A stretch of 62,635 nucleotides of DNA from a virus. Taxonomy: Duplodnaviria; Caudoviricetes. The translations under genes were made by a program, and so were the position numbers. A model generated the notes under the pieces. It made no database searches and had not been told where the DNA came from. It worked only from the letters and a program-made list of their open reading frames with translations. The stretch's first letter is position 1. The number at the start of each line of letters is the position of its first letter. The DNA is taken from positions 1 through 62,635 of the IMG/VR virus record IMGVR_UViG_3300048858_000128, one strand, 5' to 3'. Of this stretch, positions 44,673-54,488 are shown one piece after another.

Positions 44673-46523
44673 TCACTCGGCCGCCTCCAACGTCACAAGC
44701 TCTCGGCGCCCATTGGATTCGGCCAGCAGCCGAACCATACGTGGCGGCACGCTGTTGCCGACCAAGTGATACTTTTCGGTTTTGGTGAGGCGACGAGGCT
44801 TGCCATCAATGGTGATGACAGACGGCAGCGAACCCTGTCTGAAACCATGCGCCGCGGCGCCTTCTTCCGGCTCAAGCATACGCATGCCGATGTCGGTGAT
44901 GACGAACGTTTCCCGCCCGATCTTCACGGTGACGAGCCCGTGCCGAGCCTTTGCCGTTAAGGCCCCAAGGGGAGCGGCTAGATCGTCCTCTTGCTTCCCG
45001 TTCGAGAAATAGTGCTGAAGGAAGCCGAGGATCAATCCGGCGTGGTTCCCGCCAGCACAAATGGCGGCGGCCGGCTCGGCGATATCACGGCCCGCACGAT
45101 CTGTACCGCGGAGGTTTAACATTGATGCCGCGACAACACCCTGTGTCGACCCCCTTCCCACGATCGTGGACAAAGGAGCGTCTGCCTCCCGCCCCGGCTC
45201 ACCGGTATTATGTTGGGCGAGGAAAGCAGCGACGAGAGCACTCTTGCCCATTCCGCCCGGGGTGACAGTGGGTGCGGGTTCTTCGATGTCGACGGCATCG
45301 CTCTCACCAAACTGCCGCTGCATGTGTGCTGCGATTACAGCATGGCGGGGTTCGGTGACGAACGTTTGCAGCGGCTCCGATACGTCTCCACCACGCCTCA
45401 ACCCTTGCTCCCCTCCATAATAAGCGGTCATGGTGGCAGCGGAAATGCCGAGGGGGATTGCTCCGCCCGGTCGAGTTTCAAAGCTGTTGGCGGTCACGGT
45501 CGGCAGCGGCTCTGAAATGTCACTGCCGGTCGACCCCGTGCGAAACTTCGTGACGTGAGGGACCACGACCGATAGCTCTCCGCGATGTGCTGTGGTCAGC
45601 GTCCGTAGAGGCTCGTCGATCGAGTGGACGCGATCCCCGCCGGTGTGCGTGATCGGCACGATGAACGGCTTGTTGGCGTTGACGACGTATCGCATCACGC
45701 CCCGGGCCGTGCGGCGTAGCGTTGCGTCAGCGAGATCTTTCTTGCGGCCGAAGATGGATTTCACCGGCAGCGACCAGTCAATGATGGTGTTGGCGCCGAC
45801 CCATGGTTTCAGCTTAAGCTTCCTTGCCTGGTGGCGCGGTGCGTGCGTCCTCTCAGGCCATACAATCGGGGAGCCGTCAGCCTGACCGACGCCATAGAGG
45901 CGCTTGCGGATCGTCGGCACTCCGTAATCGGCCGCAACAAGCACTTTGAACTCGAAGGCATAGCCGAGATGCGATCTGAGGTGCCGTAGCCAGGCGCGCC
46001 ACGTGCGGCCCCGCTTCTTTGGGTTGGGCACGAGCCATTGTTCCTGTACTGGAACCCGCTCACCCTTGGCCGCGACCGTCCCATCTAACTTCATAGCCCG
46101 GCCGGTCTGCGGATCTCGCTTCGCCACAAGCGGTCCCCATGTCTGGATCTCGGCAACGTTCTCAAGTGTGATGGTCTCCGGCCGCACCTGCCCCGCCCAA
46201 CGGCAGACAACCCAAGCCAGCGAGCGTCGGCGCTTCGAAACCGGCTTGCCGCCCTTGGCAACAGAGAAATGGGTGCAGTCAGGTGACGCGTGCAGTACGC
46301 GAACGCCCCTGCCCTTGGTGGCCTCCCGAGGATCTACTTCGAACACATCGCAGCGCTCATGGCGCGTGTGGGGGTGCCGGGCTTGATGGACCGCGACGGC
46401 AACTGGATCGTGATTGATCGCCAGATGAACATGAAAACCGGCTTCCTCGAGTCCGTCGCAGCCTCCGCCCATGCCGGCGAAGAGAACGACGGTCATGCGG
46501 TTGTCGAGCATGAAAGCGTTCAT
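44673..46523 (-). CDS. DNA cytosine-5 methyltransferase
   Basis: LFAGMGG, SPDC, ENV, R.R, GNSV motifs; repeated EPLxT segments. Confidence 0.92.
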   Translation of the reverse strand: MNAFMLDNRMTVVLFAGMGGGCDGLEEAGFHVHLAINHDPVAVAVHQARHPHTRHERCDVFEVDPREATKGRGVRVLHASPDCTHFSVAKGGKPVSKRRRSLAWVVCRWAGQVRPETITLENVAEIQTWGPLVAKRDPQTGRAMKLDGTVAAKGERVPVQEQWLVPNPKKRGRTWRAWLRHLRSHLGYAFEFKVLVAADYGVPTIRKRLYGVGQADGSPIVWPERTHAPRHQARKLKLKPWVGANTIIDWSLPVKSIFGRKKDLADATLRRTARGVMRYVVNANKPFIVPITHTGGDRVHSIDEPLRTLTTAHRGELSVVVPHVTKFRTGSTGSDISEPLPTVTANSFETRPGGAIPLGISAATMTAYYGGEQGLRRGGDVSEPLQTFVTEPRHAVIAAHMQRQFGESDAVDIEEPAPTVTPGGMGKSALVAAFLAQHNTGEPGREADAPLSTIVGRGSTQGVVAASMLNLRGTDRAGRDIAEPAAAICAGGNHAGLILGFLQHYFSNGKQEDDLAAPLGALTAKARHGLVTVKIGRETFVITDIGMRMLEPEEGAAAHGFRQGSLPSVITIDGKPRRLTKTEKYHLVGNSVPPRMVRLLAESNGRRELVTLEAAE

Positions 46524-46524
46524 T

Positions 46525-46929
46525 TCAGTCCTCCGCCTGAGGCGCTTCGATCATCCCCAGCGCCTGCAGGTAGGTGTCGAGGATCAAATCCTCTTCCATG
46601 CGCTCCTGATCGTCCTTCTTCCGGAGGGCGATGACCTTTTTCATGATCTTGGTGTCGTAGCCCATGCCCTTGGCTTCGCCGTAGACGTCCTTGATGTCAT
46701 CGACGAGGGTCTTTTTCTCCTCCTCGAGGCGTTCAATCCGCTCGATGAAAGAGCGCAGCTGATCTCGCGCCACGGCATGGATATGAGACGAGCCAGTTTC
46801 CCGGTCGGAAAACGCCTCGGTCTGGCGGCTATCTTTGGGACTGGTCGCGCGGCCCACGGCTTCCTGTGTGACGGCGCGAGCGGCCACCCTCACGGCACCG
46901 GCGGCACCGCGACTATCTGTGCTAAGCAT
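46525..46929 (-). CDS. GapR-like nucleoid-associated protein (DUF2312)
   Basis: [17 protein letters not shown]...[13 protein letters not shown]. Confidence 0.9.
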   Translation of the reverse strand: MLSTDSRGAAGAVRVAARAVTQEAVGRATSPKDSRQTEAFSDRETGSSHIHAVARDQLRSFIERIERLEEEKKTLVDDIKDVYGEAKGMGYDTKIMKKVIALRKKDDQERMEEDLILDTYLQALGMIEAPQAED

Positions 46930-47386
46930 GTTCAAAGCCCTCTTCGGCTGCGAAAACCTTCAGCACGGGGGCCTTCGGCTTTCGTTTTTCCTTTCGGTGG
47001 ATCTTCTTTGCGCCGCGCGCGAGCTCACGACTGGACAGGATCTTCAGCCGACCGTGCTCTCTCGACCACGGTTCCATGACGGTGATGATCACGCCTTTCG
47101 CCGGCTCGATCTCCACATGGAAGTCGCCGTTGCAGGCGCGCGGCATCCCCATCTTGACCGCCAGGGCAATGCCCGGGGTCCAGATCAGCTTGCGAACAGC
47201 GCGGGTAGACAGCCCCGCGGCGCGGCAATGGAACCGGGCGCGGGTCTTTTCATCGTTGAATTCACCGGGAACGGTGATTTTCAGAATACGCTGCACATAG
47301 CGGGTAACAGCGTGATAGCTGACCCTGAGTTCGGGCGCGGCGACGACGGCCGGCCCGGCTTTGTCACGTGGGGGGTCTGACGGCAC
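46922..47386 (-). CDS. Hypothetical protein
   Basis: [12 protein letters not shown]...VIITV pattern (possible RelE-like fold). Confidence 0.55.
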   Translation of the reverse strand: MPSDPPRDKAGPAVVAAPELRVSYHAVTRYVQRILKITVPGEFNDEKTRARFHCRAAGLSTRAVRKLIWTPGIALAVKMGMPRACNGDFHVEIEPAKGVIITVMEPWSREHGRLKILSSRELARGAKKIHRKEKRKPKAPVLKVFAAEEGFEHA

Positions 47387-47654
47387 CGGCGCCCTCCGAA
47401 ATCAGTCGATCGCGAGATTGAACCAGAACGGCCAACTCATGCCGGCGCGACGTAATTTCGGAGTCGGGGCGCTTCTTGGGACCGGGAACGCTGTACGTAC
47501 CGATCCACCACACCTTTGAGGTAATCTGTGCCTTCAGCCCTTCGATAAGCTCTGGGACCGATAGAACCGGCCTCCGAACTTCCTCCATGGCTTCCAGCAC
47601 CCTCTGCTCTTCTGCCTGCTTGACGAACTTATTGACGGACGTGAATGTCCTCAT
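47364..47654 (-). CDS. Hypothetical protein
   Basis: ATGA coupling with the upstream gene. Confidence 0.55.
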   Translation of the reverse strand: MRTFTSVNKFVKQAEEQRVLEAMEEVRRPVLSVPELIEGLKAQITSKVWWIGTYSVPGPKKRPDSEITSRRHELAVLVQSRDRLISEGAGAVRPPT

Positions 47655-48055
47655 GCCTGCGCTTCCCCCAAACCCAGACCGGTGGAGGAGCCGTCCCGCT
47701 CCATCATCAGCCTGGCGATCTGCTCATCGATCTCCCGCTTGCGTTCTTGCCGGGCCGCCTGCTCGACCCATACCGGCGGCTGCCGGAGACAGGCTTGGAG
47801 AAGCGCGGGGCCAAAAGCTGCAATGAGGAGCGTGAAATGCTCCACCGACGGCTGTGATCGCCGGTGAAGCCAGTTCTCGACACTGGCGGCGGCAATCCCG
47901 GTTTTCGCTTCGACGTGATGAGGCGTCGATCGCGGAAACTGGCTGCGCAACCAATCGACCAGGCCCGCGACGTCGAACAGAAGTGCGGGCGAGTGACCGT
48001 AAACCTGCGGTCTTTTTCTGGCAGAGCCGCGCCAGCCCCTCGTGCTGTTATCCAT
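47651..48055 (-). CDS. CII-like HTH regulator
   Basis: VEAKTGIAAASVENWL...P HTH; downstream of cro. Confidence 0.6.
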   Translation of the reverse strand: MDNSTRGWRGSARKRPQVYGHSPALLFDVAGLVDWLRSQFPRSTPHHVEAKTGIAAASVENWLHRRSQPSVEHFTLLIAAFGPALLQACLRQPPVWVEQAARQERKREIDEQIARLMMERDGSSTGLGLGEAQA

Positions 48056-48348
48056 GGCACGGGGTTCTTCTTCGAAAAGGCCGTTGCTACCGGCTTGGAG
48101 CCCGTCACGGTGATGGGCATGCGAAGAAGAGCGGGCAATCAGGGCAATCAAGTGCTGTATGCGGACAGGGGACACGATCATGGCCTGATGCCCCATCCGC
48201 GGAGATGCGGATGGTTTGAACCGATCGGCGAAATAGCTGCGGAGCTGGTCGATCGGGCTTGGCGAGGGAATGGTGACAAGGCTGGTCTGGCGACCAGCGT
48301 TCAGACGGCAGAGCCGCCAGAATTCATGGGGAGCAACGGATGACGCGC

Positions 48349-48606
48349 TCATTGGACCGTGACCCTGGGGCCGAACAGGTCGGGACGGAGATCGTGCTTG
48401 GAGATGACGCCGCCGGTGGCCGCGTCGCAAGCGGCAGCGACTTCGGCAGTGATTTGTTCGGCATCGTTCAAGAGCCAGGAGATGAATTGCTGGCTGTAAC
48501 CCATCTCGCTCGCGAGAGCGGCTTGCGAACCCTTGATCTTGACGGCCCGTCGGATCAGCGGCCTGTGAGGCGGTTCGATGGCGTTGGCGGCGGCAGCGTG
48601 CGGCAA
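48349..48606 (-). CDS. Cro-like repressor (YdaS family)
   Basis: GSQAALA..MG.SQQ.IS.L...ATGG.I..HDLRPDLF. Confidence 0.85.
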   Translation of the reverse strand: MPHAAAANAIEPPHRPLIRRAVKIKGSQAALASEMGYSQQFISWLLNDAEQITAEVAAACDAATGGVISKHDLRPDLFGPRVTVQ

Positions 48607-48642
48607 GAGATAGTCCCCGTAGCGGATGGTTCGTCCAATTCC

Positions 48643-48714
48643 ACAAGGAAACTAGTAGCCGAGCCCCGTCATGTCAACAAGGAAACTTGTGTATCGCTTC
48701 ACAAGCGAACTGGT
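48643..48714. promoter_or_regulatory. OR-like operator triplet with the cro promoter
   Basis: ACAAGGAAACTAGT (48643), ACAAGGAAACTTGT (48677), ACAAGCGAACTGGT (48701); TTGACA-N17-TAGTTT on the - strand. Confidence 0.85.
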
Positions 48715-48726
48715 AAATTGCCGCGC

Positions 48727-49326
48727 ATGGGGATTGCGGAAAATCTAAAACGTCTGCGAACGGAAGCCGGGCTGTCGCAGACGCGGCTGGCGAAGCTTGC
48801 GAAAGTGACGCAGCAGTTGATTTCGCAGCTCGAGTCCGGAACGAACTCGTCGACCAAGAACCTACCGGAGATCGCGGCCGCGCTCGGCCGCCAGGTCTGG
48901 GAGATAGATCCGAGCTATACCGCTGTCCCGGTCAGCGCGGATCGCGTCCCTCTCCTCGCCTGGGAGCAGGTAGCGCAGCTGGCGCAATCCGGGTCCAACC
49001 CTTCCTCTCAATCGACAGATACCACCGTCACGGTCGGCGATCTGCCGCCTGGCGTGTACTTCGCGGTCCAAGCGGTTGACGAGGCGCTGGATCGGGTAGT
49101 GCAGCCAGGCGCCACGATGATCGCAAACATGCAGGACACGGATCTGCAGAGCGGACGGTTCTATGTGTTCTACGATGAAGAGCATCGGAATGCCTTCGTG
49201 CGCAGGTTTCACGATGATCCGCCGATGCTGGAACCTGTCTCGACGCAGTCCCTCTATCGGCCCCACTCGCTTCGGCCGACGCTTCGACCGATCGCCCGCG
49301 TGCAAATGATGATCGCGCGGCTTTAG
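48727..49326 (+). CDS. CI-like repressor with a degenerate S24 peptidase domain
   Basis: N-terminal XRE HTH (LKRLR..AGLSQ..LA..AKVTQQLISQLESG); S24-like C-terminal domain lacking the Ser/Lys dyad. Confidence 0.88.
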   Translation: MGIAENLKRLRTEAGLSQTRLAKLAKVTQQLISQLESGTNSSTKNLPEIAAALGRQVWEIDPSYTAVPVSADRVPLLAWEQVAQLAQSGSNPSSQSTDTTVTVGDLPPGVYFAVQAVDEALDRVVQPGATMIANMQDTDLQSGRFYVFYDEEHRNAFVRRFHDDPPMLEPVSTQSLYRPHSLRPTLRPIARVQMMIARL

Positions 49327-49610
49327 ACCGGCGAAATCTGGGCTAGGCGCGAGATGCGGTCAAGCATGTCCGTCGCATCAAAAAGCAGCTTCGCCGTGTC
49401 CCGTCCTGCTTCTAGCGTTCTGCCGTCGAGCCGGCTAACCCCGAGCAACCTTTCGACGTTTTCCATCTCCAGCCAAAGGAAAGCGTAATACTCTTCCATC
49501 TTCATTGGAGGGGTCTGCGATGCGGCTGACACGTAGGGAGCGAAGTCTGCAACGAGCGTTGCCATCGCTGCACCATTCGCCATTGTCAAAAATTGTCTGC
49601 GGCTTACCAT
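49323..49610 (-). CDS. Small protein with twin-arginine signal (paralogue of 14211-14531)
   Basis: SRRQFL motif; YYAFLWLEME. Confidence 0.7.
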   Translation of the reverse strand: MVSRRQFLTMANGAAMATLVADFAPYVSAASQTPPMKMEEYYAFLWLEMENVERLLGVSRLDGRTLEAGRDTAKLLFDATDMLDRISRLAQISPV

Positions 49611-49856
49611 GCCTAATCTCCCGTTACGCAATACAATAAACGAGAGGTTAACAACCTCAGATTTCCACAGGCAATCCGAACTTCTAAATGGGGGAATATG
49701 ATGAAAACGCGACTAGCGCTCGGGATAAAGCCGCTTAACGGCCGAAAAAGTGAGGCCTGAGCTCATGTTTCCGGCACATTATACCATAGTCTAATAGGGC
49801 CTCTCGCCTCGTCTTGGGACACTGTTGCCCCTCCTCATCGGCCTGGGCGGTCATCT

Positions 49857-49898
49857 ACAAGTTTCCTTGTTGACGATCGACAAGTTTCCTTGTAGCTT
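49857..49898 (+). promoter_or_regulatory. OL-like operator pair with early promoter
   Basis: ACAAGTTTCCTTGT at 49857 and 49880; TTGACG-N17-TAGCTT. Confidence 0.85.
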
Positions 49899-50068
49899 CC
49901 TCTGAGTGTAAGGGCACACTCGGAGCACATCATGAAACCGCTGATGATCTTGGCGAGCATCGTCTCGCTAGGCTGGATTTCTGCATCCATCGATACCGGC
50001 ATGGACGGCTGCCTTTCCCGGCACAGCTTCGCCACGTGTCACCACACGCTGAACCGGTGAGGTGCATC

Positions 50069-50635
50069 ATGGCTGGGATTTCTCGACAGAAAATACGTGC
50101 TGAATTGGATCGGCTGTTATTGCGGGTCCCCCTCGGCGCTGACCGGCATACGCTTGAAGCGTGCAGCCAGGAGCTTCGTGCCGAGGCACGTTGGGAGCGC
50201 GGCATGTGCGACAATCAAGCTACTGCCGATCATCTCCATGAAGAGGCCGATATCTACGAACTGGCTGCGCAGGAACGCTTTCCCCGCGAGGGCGACGGCA
50301 TGGCGCAGGCCATCAGCGCCAGGCTGTCTCATAAATTGAACGCGAAGCATTGGACCTGCACCAATTGCGGCAACGTCGAGGAGCTGACGTTCTACCCCGA
50401 CTGCTGCTCGTTCTGCGGTGGGAGCATGGAGACGCAGGATGGCCGCTCAACCGTGTCGAGCGATTTCCACTGCAACAACGATGTCCTGGCCGCGGCCTAC
50501 GAAGGTGACGCCTCTGCAGTCGTGACCCTCTGGTTCGAAGACGAGCTTCCCTCGTCGATGCGGCCGACGATTGACGAAATGCTGGCCGCCAACCGGCTCC
50601 ACATGCTGGAGACGATCTACGGAGTGGCCGCATGA
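50069..50635 (+). CDS. Hypothetical early protein with zinc ribbon
   Basis: CTNC...CSFC. Confidence 0.55.
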   Translation: MAGISRQKIRAELDRLLLRVPLGADRHTLEACSQELRAEARWERGMCDNQATADHLHEEADIYELAAQERFPREGDGMAQAISARLSHKLNAKHWTCTNCGNVEELTFYPDCCSFCGGSMETQDGRSTVSSDFHCNNDVLAAAYEGDASAVVTLWFEDELPSSMRPTIDEMLAANRLHMLETIYGVAA

Positions 50636-50928
50636 CGCTCGCCATCGCCGATCGCCCCTCCCCTGAAATCATCGAGCGCGCCCTCGCGGCAGCGAAGGAA
50701 ACGCAACAAAACGAACAGCGGTGCCGATATGTGGCGCTGGACGCACTGCTTGTCGTGTTTCCGAGCATGACGGCCACGAGGCTCGCGCTACACCTGGCCT
50801 ACGATCGCCCGGCATCGGCTTCCGCGCTGATCGCCACGGCCAAGGGCCGCGAATGGTGGGATGAAAGCCATGTCGACCACGTCATTGGCACCCTTGTCGC
50901 CGACCAATACGGCGAGAGGGCGCTCTGA
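50632..50928 (+). CDS. Hypothetical early protein
   Basis: GGAG RBS, ATGA overlap. Confidence 0.6.
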   Translation: MTLAIADRPSPEIIERALAAAKETQQNEQRCRYVALDALLVVFPSMTATRLALHLAYDRPASASALIATAKGREWWDESHVDHVIGTLVADQYGERAL

Positions 50929-51483
50929 GTGGGAAAGTATTCTGCCTTCAAGCGCCGGGCGCACGACGAATATCTGACGCCGTATCGCCCGGTCCTGCCG
51001 CTCGTGCCCCATCTGACGGGTATTCGGACGTTCATCGAGCCTTGTTGCGGCGACGGGCGGCTGATCAGGCACATCGAGAGCTTTGGCCCGCTGTGCATCT
51101 ATCACGGTGACATCCAGACCGGCACCGACGCGCTGACAGACCGGGTTCTGCCGCGCACCATTGCCGACGCGATCATCACCAACCCGCCTTACACGTGGGA
51201 AGTCCTTGAGCCGATGATTGTCCGCTTCTCCGAGATCGCGCCGACCTGGCTGCTGCTCGAGGCGGATTTCAAGCACAACCTCAACGCCGCGCCGTACATC
51301 CCCATGTGCAGCGACGTGGTCAGCATCGGCCGGATCCGCTGGTTCGACGACACCGAGCACGAGGGCAAGACGAATTACGCCTGGTACCGGTTCCACGCGC
51401 AGCACACCCGCGGGCCGGTGTTTCACCCCCGCCAGAAGCTTCCGCCGACACCTCGGCAGAAAACCGCCCCAGAGGCGGCCTGA
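50929..51483 (+). CDS. Amino-(N6A/N4C) DNA methyltransferase-like protein
   Basis: D.Y.TP, EPCCGDG motif I, IITNPPY motif IV. Confidence 0.8.
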   Translation: MGKYSAFKRRAHDEYLTPYRPVLPLVPHLTGIRTFIEPCCGDGRLIRHIESFGPLCIYHGDIQTGTDALTDRVLPRTIADAIITNPPYTWEVLEPMIVRFSEIAPTWLLLEADFKHNLNAAPYIPMCSDVVSIGRIRWFDDTEHEGKTNYAWYRFHAQHTRGPVFHPRQKLPPTPRQKTAPEAA

Positions 51484-51514
51484 GTTCTACCCCAAGCAAA
51501 CCAAGGAGATCCTT

Positions 51515-51937
51515 ATGCTTGATCGCGTATCCGAATCCACCATTGCCACCCCGAAACAGCCGAGCGCGGTGGACGTTCATGTTGGCACCCGCATCCGGCT
51601 CCGCCGCAATGTCCTGGGTGTCTCGCAGACGACGCTGGCCGAGAAGATCGGCGTCACGTTCCAGCAGGTCCAGAAATACGAGAAGGGCACCAACCGCGTC
51701 GGCGCGAGCCGCATTCAGGCTATCGCGACGTTTCTGACCGTCCCTGTCTCGTACTTCTTCGACGAAGCGCCTGGCGCCTCTGACGATCCGGCAGCGGAAA
51801 ACGAGATGGCGAAGTTCATCAGCAGCCCCGAGGGTCGCTCGCTCAACCGCACCTTCGCATCGATCAAAGATCCCCTCGCCCGCCGCCAGCTCGCCGCGCT
51901 GGTGAAAACTGTCGCCGAGCTCGGCACCGCCCACTGA
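51515..51937 (+). CDS. XRE-family HTH regulator
   Basis: VDVHVG.RIRLRR...SQ..LA..IGVTFQQVQKYEKG.NR; AAGGAG RBS. Confidence 0.9.
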   Translation: MLDRVSESTIATPKQPSAVDVHVGTRIRLRRNVLGVSQTTLAEKIGVTFQQVQKYEKGTNRVGASRIQAIATFLTVPVSYFFDEAPGASDDPAAENEMAKFISSPEGRSLNRTFASIKDPLARRQLAALVKTVAELGTAH

Positions 51938-52013
51938 TCCCTTCCGGTTTCCGCCGGCGGGTCCGGCGGTTTCCGGAACGGATGGTTCCGCAATCCCACA
52001 ATTGGAGTTTTTG

Positions 52014-52442
52014 ATGTTTGCAGCACTGAAGTCGAAGCTGACCGGCAGCGTGAACAAGTTCTCGGGCCGGAAAGATTTCTTGGAGGCCGTTTGCGCTGCC
52101 TCCGCACTCGTGGCCGCGTCCGACGGCGACATTTCCGATCAGGAAGTAGAGCAGACCGTGAAGGCCGTTTCCTCGAACGCATCCCTTTCCGCCGCCTTCA
52201 AGGCTTCGGAGATCGAACGCACGGCCGATGCGATGCTGAAACGGGCACAGGGCGGTCGGGTCGGGCGCGCCGGGCTCTACAAGGAGCTTGAGGACATCGC
52301 CAACGACCACGAGATGGCGGAAACGGTCCTGCTGTCCGCGCTTGACGTGGCAGACAAGGGCGGCATCAGCGCCGAGGAAAAAGGCGTGCTCGCTAAGATC
52401 GCCCAGACCCTCGGCCTCAACCTCGCGAACTACGATGTCTGA
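52014..52442 (+). CDS. TerB-family protein
   Basis: LEAVCAASALVAASDG.I...E and DVADKGGI..EE..VL.KIA..LGL. Confidence 0.85.
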   Translation: MFAALKSKLTGSVNKFSGRKDFLEAVCAASALVAASDGDISDQEVEQTVKAVSSNASLSAAFKASEIERTADAMLKRAQGGRVGRAGLYKELEDIANDHEMAETVLLSALDVADKGGISAEEKGVLAKIAQTLGLNLANYDV

Positions 52443-52593
52443 TTTCCTGAAATCCTCGAAGGCAATCGCGTTCGCCAGCGTCGCAGGGGTGCTGGTCCTC
52501 CTGCAGTTCACGCTTCTGGCGGCCGCTTTGGATTTCATGACCAGCATCATGCTCGTCGGCATCGGATTTGCCGCAGGGCGCTCTTCGAAGTGA
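52435..52593 (+). CDS. Small membrane protein
   Basis: Two hydrophobic helices; overlaps the TerB gene end. Confidence 0.55.
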   Translation: MSDFLKSSKAIAFASVAGVLVLLQFTLLAAALDFMTSIMLVGIGFAAGRSSK

Positions 52594-52659
52594 ACCGCTT
52601 CGGTGACCGCCCGGTGGAAACAACGGGCGGCATCCTAAACGGATCGAGAGGGGATCAGG

Positions 52660-53055
52660 ATGACATTTCCAGGGCCGGCACCGGCAATGACCTTCGAACA
52701 GGCGGTCGATATCTGCAAGCGGATCAACGCCCGGGCCTTCCTCGCCATGGGCGTCACCGATAACCCGGTACTGCCGAGCCTCGCGGGCGTATCGCTGCGC
52801 GACATGCTGACGGCGGCCGAGATGCTGACCCAGCACAACGCCAGCCAGCGGCGCGGCACCGGCGGCCGGGAATTCTACGTGGTCCCGGTCGATCGGCTGA
52901 TCGCGGCCGTGTTCGTCGGCATCCACTACGCCCCGAGCGACACGGTGATCGCGATCGAGCCACAGCAGCGGCTTGGTGAGTGGGTTCTCAACTCTGTCGC
53001 CGTCGTCGATCTGTCGGAACAGGTCGAGCTTCAGGACAAGGGTGTCGCGGCATGA
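52660..53055 (+). CDS. Hypothetical early protein
   Basis: GAGG RBS; phage-like codon usage. Confidence 0.6.
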   Translation: MTFPGPAPAMTFEQAVDICKRINARAFLAMGVTDNPVLPSLAGVSLRDMLTAAEMLTQHNASQRRGTGGREFYVVPVDRLIAAVFVGIHYAPSDTVIAIEPQQRLGEWVLNSVAVVDLSEQVELQDKGVAA

Positions 53056-53186
53056 CGTACAATGTCCTCGATATGGCTTTGGGCGCCTCCTTGATGATCG
53101 GCCTTCAGCTTGGCGCCGGCTTCTTCCTCCTTTGGCTCGGTCTTTCCGGCCGGCGCCGCTGCGACGAAAGCGAGGAGCGATGAGCG

Positions 53187-53384
53187 ATGAGCCTTCATTT
53201 GCAGCAGGTCATGGAAGAGGTCCAGGATCGAATGGACGCGATCGTCGCGTATTTCAAACCTGGCGCGAAGATAACCGTGCTCGTCCGCCATCCGGGCAAG
53301 CCAACCGCCGACTTCTGCTTGACGGATGACGATCTCGACGAGGTTGCCGCCATGGTCCAGCGGCGGAAGGATGCGACCGCTTAA
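53187..53384 (+). CDS. Hypothetical early protein
   Basis: FKPGAKITVLVR.P. Confidence 0.6.
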   Translation: MSLHLQQVMEEVQDRMDAIVAYFKPGAKITVLVRHPGKPTADFCLTDDDLDEVAAMVQRRKDATA

Positions 53385-53590
53385 TGTTCGTGACGTCCGA
53401 ACAGCTTCGCCACGTCATTGCGGCTATGCGGTCGATCGACCGTGACGAGCTCGTGATAGCGGGCTGGCGGCCGACAGACATCGAGTGGTCGAACTTCCGC
53501 GACAACCCCTACCAGTTTTACCTCCGCGCCCCGAGCGGGCAGCGCGGCATCATCACCGACATCATCAATTCGAGGATCGCCCGTGGCTGA
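53384..53590 (+). CDS. Hypothetical early protein
   Basis: TAATG coupling. Confidence 0.6.
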   Translation: MFVTSEQLRHVIAAMRSIDRDELVIAGWRPTDIEWSNFRDNPYQFYLRAPSGQRGIITDIINSRIARG

Positions 53591-54488
53591 AATTTCCGCC
53601 ATCGAATGGACCGACGCCACCGTGAACTTCTGGTGGGGCTGCACCAACGTGTCACCGGGCTGCGACAATTGCTACGCCGAGACGTGGAACGCCTTCCGCG
53701 GCACCGGCGAATGGGGACCAGGTGCCGCGCGCCGCCCGATCAAGGGTTCGGCCGCGCTGCTGCGCAAGCTGCAGAACTCGGCACCGGCGTTCGAAGCTCT
53801 CCACGGTCGCCCGCGCCGCGTTTTCATGCAGTCCATGTCCGACACCTTCGATAACGAGGTGGAAGACGTTTGGCGCATGGCCGTCTTCTCAGGAATCGAG
53901 GCGGCGGATCGGCTCCGCGTCCAGCTGCTCACCAAGCGCATCGGCAACGTCGAGAAGATGGTTCTCGATACTTGGCGCAATGGTGGCTGGCCCCGCCACG
54001 TCGGCCTGATGATCACCGTCGTGAACCAGCGCGAGGCCAACCGGGATATCCCGAAGCTGATCGCCCTGAAAAAACGGCTCGGCATTCCTTGGATCGGTCT
54101 CAGCATCGAGCCCATGCTCGAACCGATGGATATCAGCAAATGGGCGGCCGATCTGGATTGGATCATCGTCGGCGGCGAGAGCGGCAAGAATGCCCGGCCG
54201 ATGCACCCGGCTTGGGTAGCGCAGGTGCAGCAGGCCTGCCAGCGCGCCGGCACCGCCTTCTTTTTCAAGCAGTGGGGCGAATGGCTGCCCGAGGGCGAAG
54301 CGCCGTTCGAGATCTTTGCCGAGCTCCGCCGCAAGCGTGCCGAGCGTGTTGAGCTCCATGCCGATCCGAATCCGTTCGCGTCGGTCCGCTTCGACACCCG
54401 CAGGATGTATCGCGCCGGCAAGAAGACGTCCGGCAAGCTGCTTAACGGCAGCGTGAGCCAGGCTTTCCCGAAGGAGCTTGCCGCGTGA
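53583..54488 (+). CDS. Phage Gp37/Gp68 (DUF5131) protein
   Basis: IEWTDAT.N.W.GC..VSPGCDNCYA, LLTKR, S.EP.L, WIIVGGESG, FFFKQWG. Confidence 0.92.
   Translation: MAEISAIEWTDATVNFWWGCTNVSPGCDNCYAETWNAFRGTGEWGPGAARRPIKGSAALLRKLQNSAPAFEALHGRPRRVFMQSMSDTFDNEVEDVWRMAVFSGIEAADRLRVQLLTKRIGNVEKMVLDTWRNGGWPRHVGLMITVVNQREANRDIPKLIALKKRLGIPWIGLSIEPMLEPMDISKWAADLDWIIVGGESGKNARPMHPAWVAQVQQACQRAGTAFFFKQWGEWLPEGEAPFEIFAELRRKRAERVELHADPNPFASVRFDTRRMYRAGKKTSGKLLNGSVSQAFPKELAA

Noticed and set aside
44900-45680. Repeated EPLxT segments in the cytosine methyltransferase
   Set aside because: Ordinary variable-region repeats of this phage methyltransferase family; not an array or diversity-generating element.
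48643-49893. Short regularly spaced repeats suggestive of a mini-CRISPR
   Set aside because: They are 14-bp palindromes overlapping promoters on both sides of cI, i.e. operators; no cas genes or spacer-length periodicity.
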